Assembly (NCBI RefSeq): GCF_006345805.1
Contig: NC_043010.1
Coordinates: forward strand, 21,824,001-21,888,000
Reading direction: 5' to 3'
Source: Octopus sinensis
Taxonomy: Eukaryota
Length of the DNA stretch: 64,000 nucleotides
Part shown: positions 36,037 to 49,156 of the stretch, piece after piece
Position numbering within the stretch: position 1 is the first letter of the stretch
Layout: each line of letters starts with the position of its first letter
Notes under the pieces: model-generated
Seen by the model: the letters and a program-made list of their open reading frames with translations, nothing else
The model's database searches: none
What the model was told of the DNA's origin: nothing
Made by a program: the position numbers and the translations under genes

Positions 36037-36868
36037 ATATATATATAATTAATCAAAATAAAAACATGATGCCAAGGATTCAGCGGTACATATGTTTCGG
36101 GCATTTATTAGACGGATTTATAACAATGCATAATGGTGTCTGTGGTCTTCATCAGCCGCGCACAACTACTACCTCAGGACATGTATTACATCAAAAATTC
36201 TACGTTGGGGATGCAAATCCTCTCATTCGCGTACGACATAATGCGGCAACAGCATAAAAATGAAGCGTCCATCTCGTCCTTCTCTCAATGTAGATTCAAT
36301 GTAGGACGAGATGGACGCTTCATTTTTATGCTGTTGCCGCATTATGTCGTACGCGAATGAGAGGATTTGCATTCCCAACGTAGAATTTTTGATGTAATAC
36401 ATGTCCTTGAGGTAGTAGTTGTGCGCGGCTGAAGAAGGCCACAGACACACATTATGCATTGTTATAAATCCGTCTAATAAAGGCCCGAAACATATGTACC
36501 GCTGAATCCTTGGCATCATGTTTTTATTTTGATTAATTTACTCCACCACCTACACCACCAAACGGTATATACAGGTGCTTACAATTATCAAGTACTCACC
36601 CTGAATTTATATATATATATATATATATATATTAATATACCGGAAGAAACACATAAATGTGAAACAAGGTGGAAAAAAGAGTACTCAAACACCAGTGGTA
36701 GAGTAATATGCTTTATTTTAAGCAGCAGAAAATTCAACAAAATCTGTTACTCTGAGTTTCTCGTTGCCGTTCATCAGACAGTTTTTGCTAGAAACTGACT
36801 GATGAACGGCAACTAGAAACTCAGAGTAACAGATTTTGTTGAATTTTCTGCTGCTTAAAATAAAGTAT
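35914..36868. mobile_element. Nested fold-back complex of two HHR-bearing Penelope-like termini
   Basis: Outer arms 35914-35992 and 36711-36790, with a third copy at 36791-36868. Inner arms 36047-36280 and 36303-36538 with a 22-nt loop. Confidence 0.85.
36744..36781 (-). ncRNA. 38-nt minimal HHR variant
   Basis: Minus strand: CTGT-CTGATGA-A-CG-GCAA-CG-A-GAAAC-TCAGA-GTA-ACAG. Stem I is 4 bp, stem II is 2 bp with a GNRA loop flanked by an A.A pair, and stem III ACTCAGAGT is near-palindromic. Mutated copies at 35923-35960 and 36795-36832. Confidence 0.65.
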
Positions 36869-36898
36869 ATATTAATATATATATATATATACACACAC

Positions 36899-36963
<65 letters not shown>

Positions 36964-37009
36964 CATATATATATGTGTGTGTTTATATGTTGATATATAT
37001 TAATGTTTC

Positions 37010-37200
37010 CATGTTTATCCCCCTACCATTGCTTGACAACCGATGTTGTTTTGTTTACGTGCCTGTAACTTGGCGGATCTGCAAAAGAGAGCGATTGAAT
37101 AAATATCAGGTTAACAAAGAATAAGTCCTGGTGTCGATGTGTTCGGCTAAATACGGTGCTCCAGCATGGCTGCAGTCAGATGAGTGAAGCAAGTAAAAGC
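37010..37200 (+). mobile_element. SINE family A, 3' half
   Basis: GCTTGACAACCGATGTTG...GGTGCTCCAGCATGGCTGCAGTCA. Confidence 0.85.
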
Positions 37201-37383
37201 GGATACACACAAACACACACACAGAGTTCTTCGCAGAGGTAAGACGACATTTTTTTATGTTCGCGCTGCTCTCACATGTCTTTGCCAGTATAGACATAGT
37301 GAAGCTTTACTATATCATCATACATTTACTGACTGCTATTTCCAGTAAACATAGGTGCCTGGTTGTACTACTCTCTCTCTCTT

Positions 37384-37419
<36 letters not shown>

Positions 37420-38259
37420 TATGCATAGTATATGAGTGGACAAACAGAAGTGACGCACAATGCATTTGAAATTAAATAAATTATTTTTATTAAATAAATA
37501 ATTAAATAAACATCATACATATGTGTGTAGCTGTCTGTGTGTAATTATCTATGTGTATTTATGTGTACATATATGAACTGTAGGCTCATGATACCATTCT
37601 AAGCTAGTCTGAGATAAATAATTCAGTCATCCACTGTTATTTCTCAAATCAAATATCAAATTGGTGTATAGGACTTAAAAAATCAATATATTTACATTCA
37701 AAATATTGTGAACAGTGATTGCATTACATTACAGATATGATTCATCTATGTTTATTTTGGCTGTTTGTATTGTTGCTTAACGTACATGTCAACCCGGATC
37801 AGTCTACAATCTGCTATCACTCGAGTCCTCATTTCCCCTATTCTCTTGGCTGCCTTGGAGTACACTATCCTATCATTATTCCACTTGTAACATAGCAGTT
37901 TGGAAATTTTGGCTCCATCCCAAGAAGTAATAGGGAACACGTAGAGGTGCTTTTATTTCATTCTTCCATATTTTCAAATTTCTGGAAGCAATGTTTAATT
38001 TTGGTTGAACGGATACGTTAAAACATAACCAATAAGAACCGTAACCCATAACTCGAATGCGTGTAAAATGAATACGAACATAATGAAACCATTCTCACCG
38101 CAGGATTGCCGTGAGCAGAGATCCGAGCTTTGAGATGAAGAAATTTTCTGAATGTGTGTATGTCTCTTCTATTTTTTAATTTATATAAATCTTCCACTGA
38201 GGAGTGAACCGGTTTCCAACAAAGATACAATGCGCTATCTTTTGGATGTAGTTAACACA

Positions 38260-38760
38260 AATTCACATTTGGAACTTAAGAAAAGTCTTGCATATATTTA
38301 CTGCTCCACTCACAGATGGCACTTGTAATGTACGAATCAACTAGTCAATTTCTCTTTCTGAAAATCCCAGTATATCCAGCTTCTCCTTTAAGCATTTACT
38401 AACAAAATGCAGTGCTCTAATTCTTATTGGTATGGATATGAATTCATAGTCTGGATATAGAAGCTGGAGGTTTCGAAGCAGTTGTCCATAGATATCCTCT
38501 TTTTCTTTGATTTTCAAAGAGATATTCTTTGTGTTGGTGTTTATGAATGTATTCCGTAACAGAAGGATTTTCTAAGTTTATTTCAGGAAAGTCTTTTTTC
38601 CAGGTGGCTTTATAGATTGTTTTAGCAACAATATCGTGACGCATAGGGAGGTATTACCGTGACGACATTTTAGGACAGCTACAAATCACATGCGTGATGT
38701 CTTCCACAGAAACATGACATAGGCCACATATGCGGTTGCACCTTCAGATTACAAGATCAT
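38260..38760 (-). mobile_element. Decayed RLE-type LINE fragment (CCHC knuckle region)
   Basis: [37 protein letters not shown] and YPDYEFISIPI. Confidence 0.75.
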
Positions 38761-40989
38761 TATGTATGTATGTATGTATGTATGTATGTATGTATGTATG
38801 TATGTATGTATGTATGTATGTATGTATGTGTGTGTGTATGTACATATGTATGTATATTTCTTTGGGATTTATAATGTTTTATTTCTTTGCAGAATTGAAG
38901 AAGGCCAATTACTATGTGGCAAGCCTTTTATGATTAAGTCCATGTATCTTCTGGTGTTTGAGTAATGCATGCATGTGTGCACGTAGACGGACTTGCCCAT
39001 GTGAGTGAGCGTGTTGCGATAGAACACAAGTGTATGTTTCATTAACGCTCAACCGAAACCGCAAATAAAGAAATCCTGAAATATTTTACAAATAACCTCT
39101 GTTCCTCTGACGGATTGTATTTAGAGAATGAGAATCAGTCTGCTCTGATCTCTTGGGAACAACGCAAGGATTTTTAGGTTTCATTGTAGATCTGTTGCTA
39201 CGTGGCCCAGCGCACATATGACGAAGAGAACAAATGAAAATTAATATCTTGGATATAAGAGGTATAGGCTTCTCACCAGTTCTCACCTTTCCTCCAATTC
39301 ATGATGCCATTTGCGACTGGTCTCTGCAGCGCTGCACAACTTTTGCACAGTGTGCCATACAACTCTATTAAGTCTTTTCTGTTTATATTGACATGCTGTT
39401 TCTATTGGAATACTCAACCAAAATTCATAATTTTGAAAGGTGTTGATACTTTCATGTCTGTGTATATGACACCGGGTGTGTATGTGTTCGAGGGTGTGCG
39501 TGTGCTCATATAATTGTATAACATACATGCTGGAGTAAAGATTTTTGCCAACATAGCATGACAGTCCTGGTTTAGGACGAATGTTGCTGTAATTTAGCCC
39601 CAGGATACATCGTCTCCTGCTGGCTATGGGACACAATCTGTGTCCTTATATTTTCGAACAAGGGTATCTAGCACCCCCACTCAGCTCAAAACAATATCTG
39701 TGTATCACGATTTCCGGGTTATTTTACTGCATCATAAAAACATAATTGTTCGGCTAGAGGTGGCGCAGCCAAAGTACTGTTACTGAATATCTCTCGTTGT
39801 GAGATTTAAAAATAGTAATTTTCTAATTTATAGATACATGCTCTTGCACACAAATACGCACATATATATTAACTTCTTTGTTACGCCACTGAATCTCAAA
39901 GGCGCCTCCTAATCGATTGAATTATTATTCTATTGCTTAACTCATATTATTGTATGTAGCTGAGACAGTTTGTTGTAACGTGTGAGAGTTTTAACAATTT
40001 GGTATAATCCGAATTTAATTTCATTAAGATTCGAAGAAAAAATTACCAAACCAGAAAATTCTGAAATTGTTCGCATCTGCATAATTCTTACAATACAGTC
40101 ATTAACTCCCATGAAAACAATACTGGCAATTCTCCTATGTATATTAATACCTCTAAATCTGCACTGTTCTCAGGTACTTCATTAGCAAGTATATTAATTA
40201 ATTTGCTTTACTTTTCAAAGCATCTTATAAAACTTTTGCGTCGGCGTTTTGCTTTCCACTCCAGTAACTGTTCATGTCATCGTTTTAGGTTTTTGACTAT
40301 CAAACAATGGAAGCCGAACTGGTAAGTATGGAACGGTAAAGTAAAATTATTTCGATATAACATCATAGCTCTTTCGTTTAATTGGTTTGAAATTCACGGC
40401 ACGTAGTTTGAACTAAACTTAAGACGTGATTGTGCTTTGTCTTAACTTTTATCTTATATAACTAACTTTTGCTACAAAATTACTGTAATAAAAAAAATAA
40501 AGAAACATGTATAGGAATAAATTTAAATTAATATGTTCCGGAAGATAGTAAGAGTCAATTTATGTATATATTATAGGACAAGATAACCAGACAATTTGAG
40601 TGCGTGGAATAACTGCTAGGCTGGTTAAAACGGCTTCAGGGATATAAATTTTGCTTATGGTAATGTGTTTGAGAAAACTATATTTTTATCACTTCGGAAG
40701 ATCGAAAGCACCTGAGGTTGCATGGAGAGAAGGATTGGTTAATGCATAAAGTTTTAATATTTCATGAAGATAAAGCTGTGAGCTATCAGAGTCCTTAGCA
40801 TCCTAGGGGAAATGATGAGCTGCATTTCGTCCGTCTTTAGGTTCTGAGTTTAAATTCTGTTGAGATCGAATTTACCTTTCCAGGGGAATCGATAAAACCC
40901 GTGCTGGTTGATGACTGGGTTTGGTGTTAGCGACTTGCAGCCGTCTCCGAAATTGCTGGACTTTGTGCCAAAATTTGAAACCAACATAT

Positions 40990-41160
40990 AGGCGCAGGCG
41001 TGGCTGTGTGGTAAGACGCTTACTGCCCAACCACATGGTTCCGTGTTCACTCCTACTGCGTGGCATCTTAGGCAAGTGTCTTCTACTATAGCCTCAGGCT
41101 ACTATAGCCTTGTGATTGGATTTGGTAGACTGAAATCGAAAGAAGCCCGTCAAATATATA

Positions 41161-41192
<32 letters not shown>

Positions 41193-41496
41193 AAATATTA
41201 GGGAATAAATCCAAACTTACAGGGAAAAATCAGATTTAGGATTGAATCCAATTTTATAGTAAAATATTATATTATATTAAATTAGAGACAAAACCACTAT
41301 TAGGCAAATCATACAATGAAAAACGTAAGCCAATACATAAGATTATTTAATTTATATTATTTAATATATAACAAAATTATTAAAAATATATAATTAATAT
41401 ATCATTACGATCGTTTCATGGCTGTTAATTTCTTTAAATTTTCTAGTCATAGTCATTCATCAGGTGGTTTAAATATTTATCTCTAATTTAATATAC

Positions 41497-41592
<96 letters not shown>

Positions 41593-41830
41593 TATGTATG
41601 TATGTATGTATGTATGTATGTATGTATGTATGTATGTATGTATGTATGTATTTTGTTTGTTTGTGTCTGTCCCCCCACCAACGCTTGACGACCAATGTTG
41701 GTGCGTTTGCGTGCCCGTAACTTAGCAGTTCGGCGAAAAGTGTTCGATAGAATAAATCCTGGGGTCTATTTCTTCGACTAAACGCGGTGCTCCAGCATGG
41801 CCGCAGTCAAATGACTGAAACAAATAAAAG
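40990..41830 (+). mobile_element. SINE family A split at its internal (TA)n by an about 300-bp insert carrying an HHR-like motif
   Basis: 5' half at 40990-41150 and 3' half at 41655-41830. The insert contains minus-strand CTGATGA-ATGACT...AGCCAT-GAAAC-GATC-GTA (41402-41467). Confidence 0.7.
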
Positions 41831-42110
41831 AATAAAATAATATACACAGTTTTAATATATCCTGAAAATAAGGCAGCGAGCTGGCAGAATAATTAACACA
41901 CAGAGGAACATGCTTATCGGTATTCTGCCGGGTTCGCCTTTGCTTTGCATCATGCCTGGGTCGATAAAATACACACCTGTCGAGCACTGTTGTCGATGCA
42001 GCTGGCTTACGCGTCCCGTAAACTTGAGGCCAATACTTCCAGAAAATATTAACGACGAAAAAAGAGCCACGGGTGTTAAAGTAATATTCGGAACTTGATT
42101 GTATGTTAAG

Positions 42111-42452
42111 TCACCGGGATAGGTCCCCGAATATTTGCTGCGGATCCTGTTCAGTTGCGATGTTCACAGCGTCATTCTTGAAACCGTTGCTGTTCCTGAT
42201 CAACACCCATCCTAAAGACCGGAGAACTTTAGAAAACAAAAGACGACGTCTTACTTCGAGTGTTGTAAAAGAGTTACCAGGCTTAACTGTGAAAATATTA
42301 TCACTCGTCACAACTTCTATAATCGTGACAGTTTCGTCGTCATTATCATTGTTGGCTGAGTGATACACATGTTTCGAATCCACAGAAATTAATGGCGATA
42401 GAAGAATCTCTTCGTATTCCTGGACATTTTCTGTGATCTGGTGGTTGATAAT
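42111..42452 (-). CDS. Candidate terminal coding exon of an unidentified host gene
   Basis: Acceptor TTTTTTTTCTTGGACTTAG|. Phase 0 gives 113 open codons (IINHQITENVQEYEE...QQIFGDLSR*); phase 1 gives DYQPPDHRKCPGIRRDSSIAINFCGFETCVSLSQQ*. The sequence is unique and GC-richer than its flanks. Confidence 0.45.
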   Translation of the reverse strand: MINHQITENVQEYEEILLSPLISVDSKHVYHSANNDNDDETVTIIEVVTSDNIFTVKPGNSFTTLEVRRRLLFSKVLRSLGWVLIRNSNGFKNDAVNIATEQDPQQIFGDLSR

Positions 42453-42648
42453 CTAAGTCCAAGAAAAAAAATGAATCAACACTACAAGTATATGAGGAGT
42501 AGTGACCCCTCGATCATATAGAATTTGCCACAATTCAAAAAATGTCTTCTTCTTCTTCTTCTTCTTCTTCTTCTTCTTCTTCTTCTTCTTCTTCTTCTTC
42601 TTCTTCTTCTTCTCTTCTTCTTCTTCTTCTTCTTCTTCTTCTTCGTCT

Positions 42649-42719
<71 letters not shown>

Positions 42720-42825
42720 ACATTTCTGTCTCTTCTCGTTCTCTCGCTTACAACTCAATAATAATTATGAATACGAAAGAAACATCAACACACGTCAATG
42801 AGCGTAAAAACGAAATCATTATCAT

Positions 42826-42917
<92 letters not shown>

Positions 42918-43163
42918 TTAACATCATTTTCAGCTATTGTAGTAGTATAACTACTCGTAGTAGTAGTATCTGCAGTAGCTCTAACAACACATTTTCAGGA
43001 TATGCACACGTTTCATTATAATCAGATGTTTTTAGCCTTCTGGTTGTATTGATTAAAGAAGCAGTGTCGTTCGAATGTTTATCGGAATCTTTGTTAGCAT
43101 TGATTCTTCACTGCATTACTGCATTGTTGTAGATCATAGATGTGGATATGAAAATCTAATCAT

Positions 43164-43397
43164 TCAAAGCTGATCGATAAAATTATTTGTTGGCGGAGGC
43201 GGCGGCGGCGGTGGTGGTGGTGGTGGGTTTGGTTTGGTGTAACTAGATTTCATTAATAAATCGCAGATATAGTAAATTTCATTCGTATTTAAACGAGAGG
43301 CTGGATAATCTTTCTCTCTGTATAATTTGCTTGATAAGCGAACCATCGGCGGAATATCTATTTGGTCGCTTAATTTGGTAGAAATCTAGTCGAATGT
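43164..43397 (-). CDS. Candidate terminal coding exon of an unidentified host gene
   Basis: Acceptor CCCTCATTTTATAG| in phase 1 gives DIRLDFYQIKRPNRYSADGSLIKQIIQRERLSSLSFKYE* (stop 43279). A second AG at 43386 gives 73 aa ending in mixed-codon poly-Pro (stop 43164). Confidence 0.45.
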
Positions 43398-43409
43398 CTA
43401 TAAAATGAG

Positions 43410-43663
43410 GGTACTACATAAGAAGAGTGGTCCTAGTGCGCGCACTCGCGTAGCTAGTCGTGACTAGTCGATCCTTGCTTTGTGTTTTTGTATTTTATTT
43501 ACTTTGTTTAGAAAAATTATTTACTTTGTGTGAAAAAATATATATTTTGTGTTTTATTTACTTTGCTAGGTAGTCGTTGTAGAATCGACTAGTTACGACT
43601 AGCTAGCGCGGATGCGCGACTACGCGAGTGTGCGCACCGAGACCAGTCTTCTTAAGTAGTACC
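43410..43663. mobile_element. MITE-like element (254 bp) with CpG-rich TIRs
   Basis: 44-bp terminal inverted repeats GGTACTAC.TAAGAAGA.TGGTC...CACTCGCGTAG with 6 mismatches, plus inner CTAGTCG..ACTAGTCGAT repeats and an AT-rich core. Confidence 0.85.
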
Positions 43664-44119
43664 TAAAACAGAACCTTCTCTATCAGACAAGGAAGTACAT
43701 GTAGTATAATGAAGTGTTAGATATATTAATTTGCCTAAAATTCAGAGTGGATGGTTATGGGTGGAATGCTGTTAATCCTTGCTTTATGCTATCTAAGCTG
43801 CACAATAATACACCCTTAATAAAATTTTATTAATATAACATCAACGATGAATATATAAATAATCAATATGTTGAAATACTTAATATCGTGAGTAATAAAA
43901 TTAGGAAATATCTGTAAAATGGAAATTGTTACTGATGCTGTTTAAAAAAATGTAAATTTTGCAGTTTTCAAGTTACATATACACACACGCCAGCAGACAG
44001 ACAGACAGACAGACACACACACACAAAAAAAAAACACGCACACAAAAACACACAAAGCACACACCTATGTATTGGTACATACATGCATGTTCCCTTCTGT
44101 TTTTAATTATTTAAATTCT

Positions 44120-44540
44120 TCTTCTCAGGAAGGAGCTGGTTTCTCACAAACAGCTCTATCGTTAGAATGTTGATAACAAAAAGCAAAGTTAGATTATAGA
44201 TACGAGAAAAGTTTTGCATATTTTTGCTCTTCCATTTACGGTTTGTGTATATAATGTGCAAGCCAAATGGTGGATTATAAGTATGTATCTCAGTGCACGC
44301 CTTTGAATGCAGTGTATGCCAGAAGGTTTGCAAATCCAACGGAGGCCTCAAGAGACGTTTTTAAGATCTACAAAGAGCAGAACTTATCTGCAGCTCTTGG
44401 TGGTCCAAATCGGAGGTGCAGTCTATGTGGGTGTCTTTTCAGAACATTGGTTTAAAAAGCCACATCAGATGTTATTCTAAGTTGTAGGTACAGGAGGAGC
44501 TTAAACTCTGCATAAGGAGTAGACAACCACCATGACCACC
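44120..44540 (+). mobile_element. RTE-clade LINE 3' end with two C2H2-like fingers
   Basis: FECSVCQKVCKSNGGLKR and RCSLCGCLFRT..GLKSHIRC, followed by a short UTR. Confidence 0.7.
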
Positions 44541-44821
44541 ATGTATCTACGTATCTATGTATGCATGTATGTATATATGTAAGTATGTATGAATGTATAT
44601 ATGTATGTATGTATATATGTATGTATATATGTATGTATGTATGTGTGTATGTGTGTATGTATGTATGTATGTATGTATATAAGTATGTATATATATATAT
44701 GTATGTATGTGTGTATGTATGTGTGTATATATGTATGTATGTGTGCAAACATAAATACAAACGTACACAGGCATAAACACTCACAAGTATGTATATAGTT
44801 ATATATATATATAAATATACT

Positions 44822-45200
44822 TTTAATTGTTTCAGTCATTTGGCTACGGCCATGCTGGAGCACCGCCTTTAGTCGAACAAATCGATCCCAGGACTTGTCC
44901 TTTGTAAGCCTAGTACTTATTCAATCGGACTCTTTTACCGAACCGCTAAGTTACGGGGACGTAAACACACCAGCATCGGTTGTCAAGCGATGTTGGGGGG
45001 TGGACAAACACAGACACACAAACACACAAACACATTTATATATACATATACATATATACGACGGGCTTCTTTTCAGTTTCCGTCTACCTAATCCACTCAT
45101 AAGGCTTTGGTCGGCCCGACGCAATAGTAGAAGTCACTTGCCCAAGGTGCCACCCAGTGAGACTGAACCCGGAACCATGTGGTTGGTAAGATACTTACCA
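44822..45200 (-). mobile_element. SINE family A, near full length
   Basis: TTTCAGTCATTTGGCTACGGCCATGCTGGAGCACCGCC...GGAACCATGTGGTTGG is the reverse complement of family A. Confidence 0.9.
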
Positions 45201-45202
45201 CA

Positions 45203-45233
<31 letters not shown>

Positions 45234-45235
45234 AG

Positions 45236-45420
45236 TGAGACACAATGGCCCAGTGATTAGGGCAGCAGACTCGGTCTTCGGATCGCAGTTTCGATTCCCA
45301 GACCGGGCGTTGTGAGTGTTTATTGAGTAAAAAACACCTAAAAAGCTCAACGTAGCTCCAGTAGGGGGTTGAGGCGAACCCTGCTGTCTTCATTCATTCA
45401 CAACTATCATTTACTCTGTC
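45236..45420 (+). mobile_element. SINE family D, 5' part
   Basis: CAATGGCCCAGTGATTAGGGCAGCAGACTCGG...TTCGATTCCCAGACCGGGCG. Confidence 0.8.
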
Positions 45421-46582
45421 TACCTGTTTTTAAATTATACATATTGAAAAAGTACCAGCCCTGTACTGAGATGGCCATTGCTCTCTTTTACTTATTCTCT
45501 ATTTGTTTCTCTTCCCTTTTCGAAAGAAATCGGTCGTAATTCATACTTGGAGATTCATGGGCTTCACCATATCACGAATTGCCATTCTTTTAAAATTGCT
45601 TAAGTCTTTGTTCAATTATAATAATTGAAGAAAATCGCAATGGGTAAATGTAAAAATAAACTCGAGACTGTAATTCCGTCTGCCCGTGAACCACAGCAGT
45701 GCTATACATGAATTTATATTCTGTAGAGTCCACAGTGGAATAATTAAAAGCTATCAAGTGACTAGTTAATTAACTTGACATATATCTGCTTTAACATCAA
45801 CCCTGATTCGGACACGACAAAAATATGTATATGAAGCAGATTTTATACATTACGGAAGATACACTGTATCACATTAGAAGGTGGTAACGAAGTACCATCT
45901 TTCAAACTATAAGTATTTTGAAAAATAGAAATAATATATTTCTAAATCTCTCAGAGAGATTTATGCAGTAGCAGCACGATAAAGTGATAGCATATTGTCA
46001 ACTTAATGTGGCAGTTCCATAAAAGGGAAGAATGCTACTGTTATTTAGCCTTATGAAATACCGTTTCCTGTTGGACTTCACACATTTCCTGTGACCTTAT
46101 GTTTTCAAAGTGGAGACAAGCACCTCCACCCAGCAAAACCAGCATCCAGAGACTATATTCAGAGTCACTGCTCATCACCGGTCTGAAGTAGCATGGCTTG
46201 CCAGCTGTCGATACCTATCTACCCATGAAAACATACATAACTATTTTATTCGCTGTTCGTGGATATTAGAGGGAAGAAACATTTAAAAGTGGAAGGTTGT
46301 AAGTTCAGATAAATTTCAAATGTTAACGTTTAGACCAATGACAGAATCATAGCGTGGTTTGGCAACATGTTAGAAATAGCAACCAATTCCACTTCAGTCA
46401 CATTGTACCGACTTCAAAACGTGAAATTGGATTGTGGATAATGTAACGCGTGTTCTTGTAGCGTTTAATACTTGATATCTTAAACAATGTGGGGTGAGTA
46501 AGGCAGGAAATCCTTCCTTTACTGATTCGCCCAGTCTGAGCAAACACATTAAGAACAATAACAGTAATAACATTTAACACAT

Positions 46583-46627
<45 letters not shown>

Positions 46628-47096
46628 CTGTGTATGTATATACAAATATAAGAAATGGAACAAAAACGCAATAGAGGACAATAAAACATTCGAACAGATA
46701 GACGATACCAAGGTGGACAGGAGAAACAGTTAGAAGGACAGGGAAAAAAAGACGGATCATTCGTGGCCTTCTTTCCTCAGTCTTATCAGAAGTCCTTACT
46801 GTTTCGGGCAGTTACATTTGAGACAGTTCGATCTGGTTGCTTCCAACAAAGTCTAAGCTATGAGCGAATGTGTACGGCAACGAGGACAAAAAACAGAGAG
46901 CATGGTACACAATTGCAAATACAGACAACAAAAAAATAACCACAGGTGTCTTTCGATTGAGAACGAATAAAATTGAGCTGGGTTTTATGAAGGAAATGCC
47001 TAAGGACAGGAAATAGGTGATGGGCACAAGAAGTATTGACAGTCGGCAGTCAGGCCAAGAAAGAATGATCATGGCTGGTCTGACATCGGTCACATA

Positions 47097-47146
<50 letters not shown>

Positions 47147-47214
47147 ATATGCCGAAATCTACTTGGTGAAATTAATGATTATTCCAAATTAATTAATTTC
47201 ACCCTATATTATTA

Positions 47215-47325
<111 letters not shown>

Positions 47326-48541
47326 ATGTGTGTATGTATATGTTTGTGTATATATATATAATATGAATACATATATCTACTATATATATAATATGCATAT
47401 ATATATATATATATATATACATACATATACATACATATATATATACATACATACATATATATGGTTATATATGCATATGTTTTATATATATTTATATTCA
47501 TGTATTCGTAAATGTTGGAGAGTGTGTATACATATACACACATATGTATATATGAGTATGTACGTGTGTTGTACTTGAGTGTGTAAATGTATGCAGGCTT
47601 TTAAAGTCCATATGGCTTTTAATCACCCTATATACGCTTAGTAATATTTTACCTCGTTTTCAACTTGCTATATAGCTATGGCGAATTAATTGTGGCATGG
47701 TGACTATCAGATTGGGAAAAGCTTAAAAGCTTTCTTTATGTACAAATTAAAGCAAAGTTGTATTATATGAAAGAATTTGTCAGCAGAATTGGAAATCGTT
47801 TATCACAACATGAAATCAAATATTTATTTATTTAATATGCTGCATTGAAATCAGTTTCATGCCAAATTACACTTCGGTTGTGAGTTCAAAGATTTCGAGC
47901 TTTCACTGGTTTCAGCAGTTCAAAGCCAGTTCACTAAATATTTGATATGAAATGATATATGTATTGAAATACCACATATCATTATACCGACTTTCATCTT
48001 ACTAAACTCTGTAGAGTTCAACAACATTTACTTGTATTTAACTACAGGATCGATGAAGTATATTAAATGAAAATCCTAACCATATTTCTTATATATTCCC
48101 GAGAAAATGAATTTACCAATATTTACATATACCGAAGACTTTCGAGGTTGGTATTTTGGATTCGTGTCTGTGAATGATATTTCTATAACATTGGTTACTC
48201 TTCTAGAACAATGATTTTGCAACATTAAAATATTAAAAGCTTTTAATTCCTTCCATAAATATCCTTTATTCTTCAAAAGTCTTTGTGGGTAATAACTTGG
48301 ATTAAAAGTCTTCAATAGGCTTGAAATGGCATGACCAGTTGCATCGCTTAAAGAATTCTACTGTATATAGTGACAAAGAATTCTTCTGAAAACATATGGC
48401 TCCAAACCGTCTGATTTTTATGCTCTCGATCATTTCTTTATGTTAAAAGTCTGAGCTTTGCTCTATTGTGTTCCTTGTTATAAATATTATTATTATTATT
48501 ATCATTATTATTATTATTATTTTATTATTATTATTATTATT

Positions 48542-49118
48542 GAGTGAGAGAGCAGTTCATGCCATCACAGTGACACTGGGGTAAAATATACGAAGCCCAA
48601 TATACCCATCATGACTACCCGTCTGATAAAGGTACACCAGGCACATGCATCACAACCATATGTGCGCGACATGGCGATCTCATATCAAGATGAACAGCAC
48701 ATGACCTTGCAGGTGGGGCCCAGTTAGAATTTTCTTCAGGTTGAGCGGCCCATCCTGCTCAAACGGTCCCTGAATAAGGGTTGCTTTAGGATGTTGAACG
48801 AAACACCCATGTTTCCAGAGGTGAACCATTCAAACTCCAAAGAATCCCTCTCAACACATGGCCATGATGCTCCCCCACTACGTCTGCTCGTGATCAGAGA
48901 TGCACATATCGTCAGCCACTAAGGGACATGCTCAACTGGTTAAGGTCAAACAACAGACAAACAAATCTGTGGTATTGAGCAGAATATTTGCTGTAGCCCA
49001 TCTTTTATACCAAGACAAAACAATGTACATGATAACACTTCCAATCAGTTAAGATCAAAAGCCATGAGAGCCAATGCCTGGTACTGCATCAGGGCATTTA
49101 TTATTATTATTATTATTA

Positions 49119-49156
<38 letters not shown>

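Noticed and set aside
39283-39420. Minus-strand exon with donor AAG|GTGAGA
   Set aside because: No credible acceptor. One frame resembles a decayed LINE C-terminus.
43400-43672. Assignment of the MITE to Kolobok, piggyBac or hAT
   Set aside because: No TTAA and no exact target-site duplication; only TAAAA is shared between flanks.
46760-46830. HHR-like words (CGAAACAGTAAGGAC, CTGATAAG) on the minus strand
   Set aside because: The core is incomplete and stems cannot be closed.
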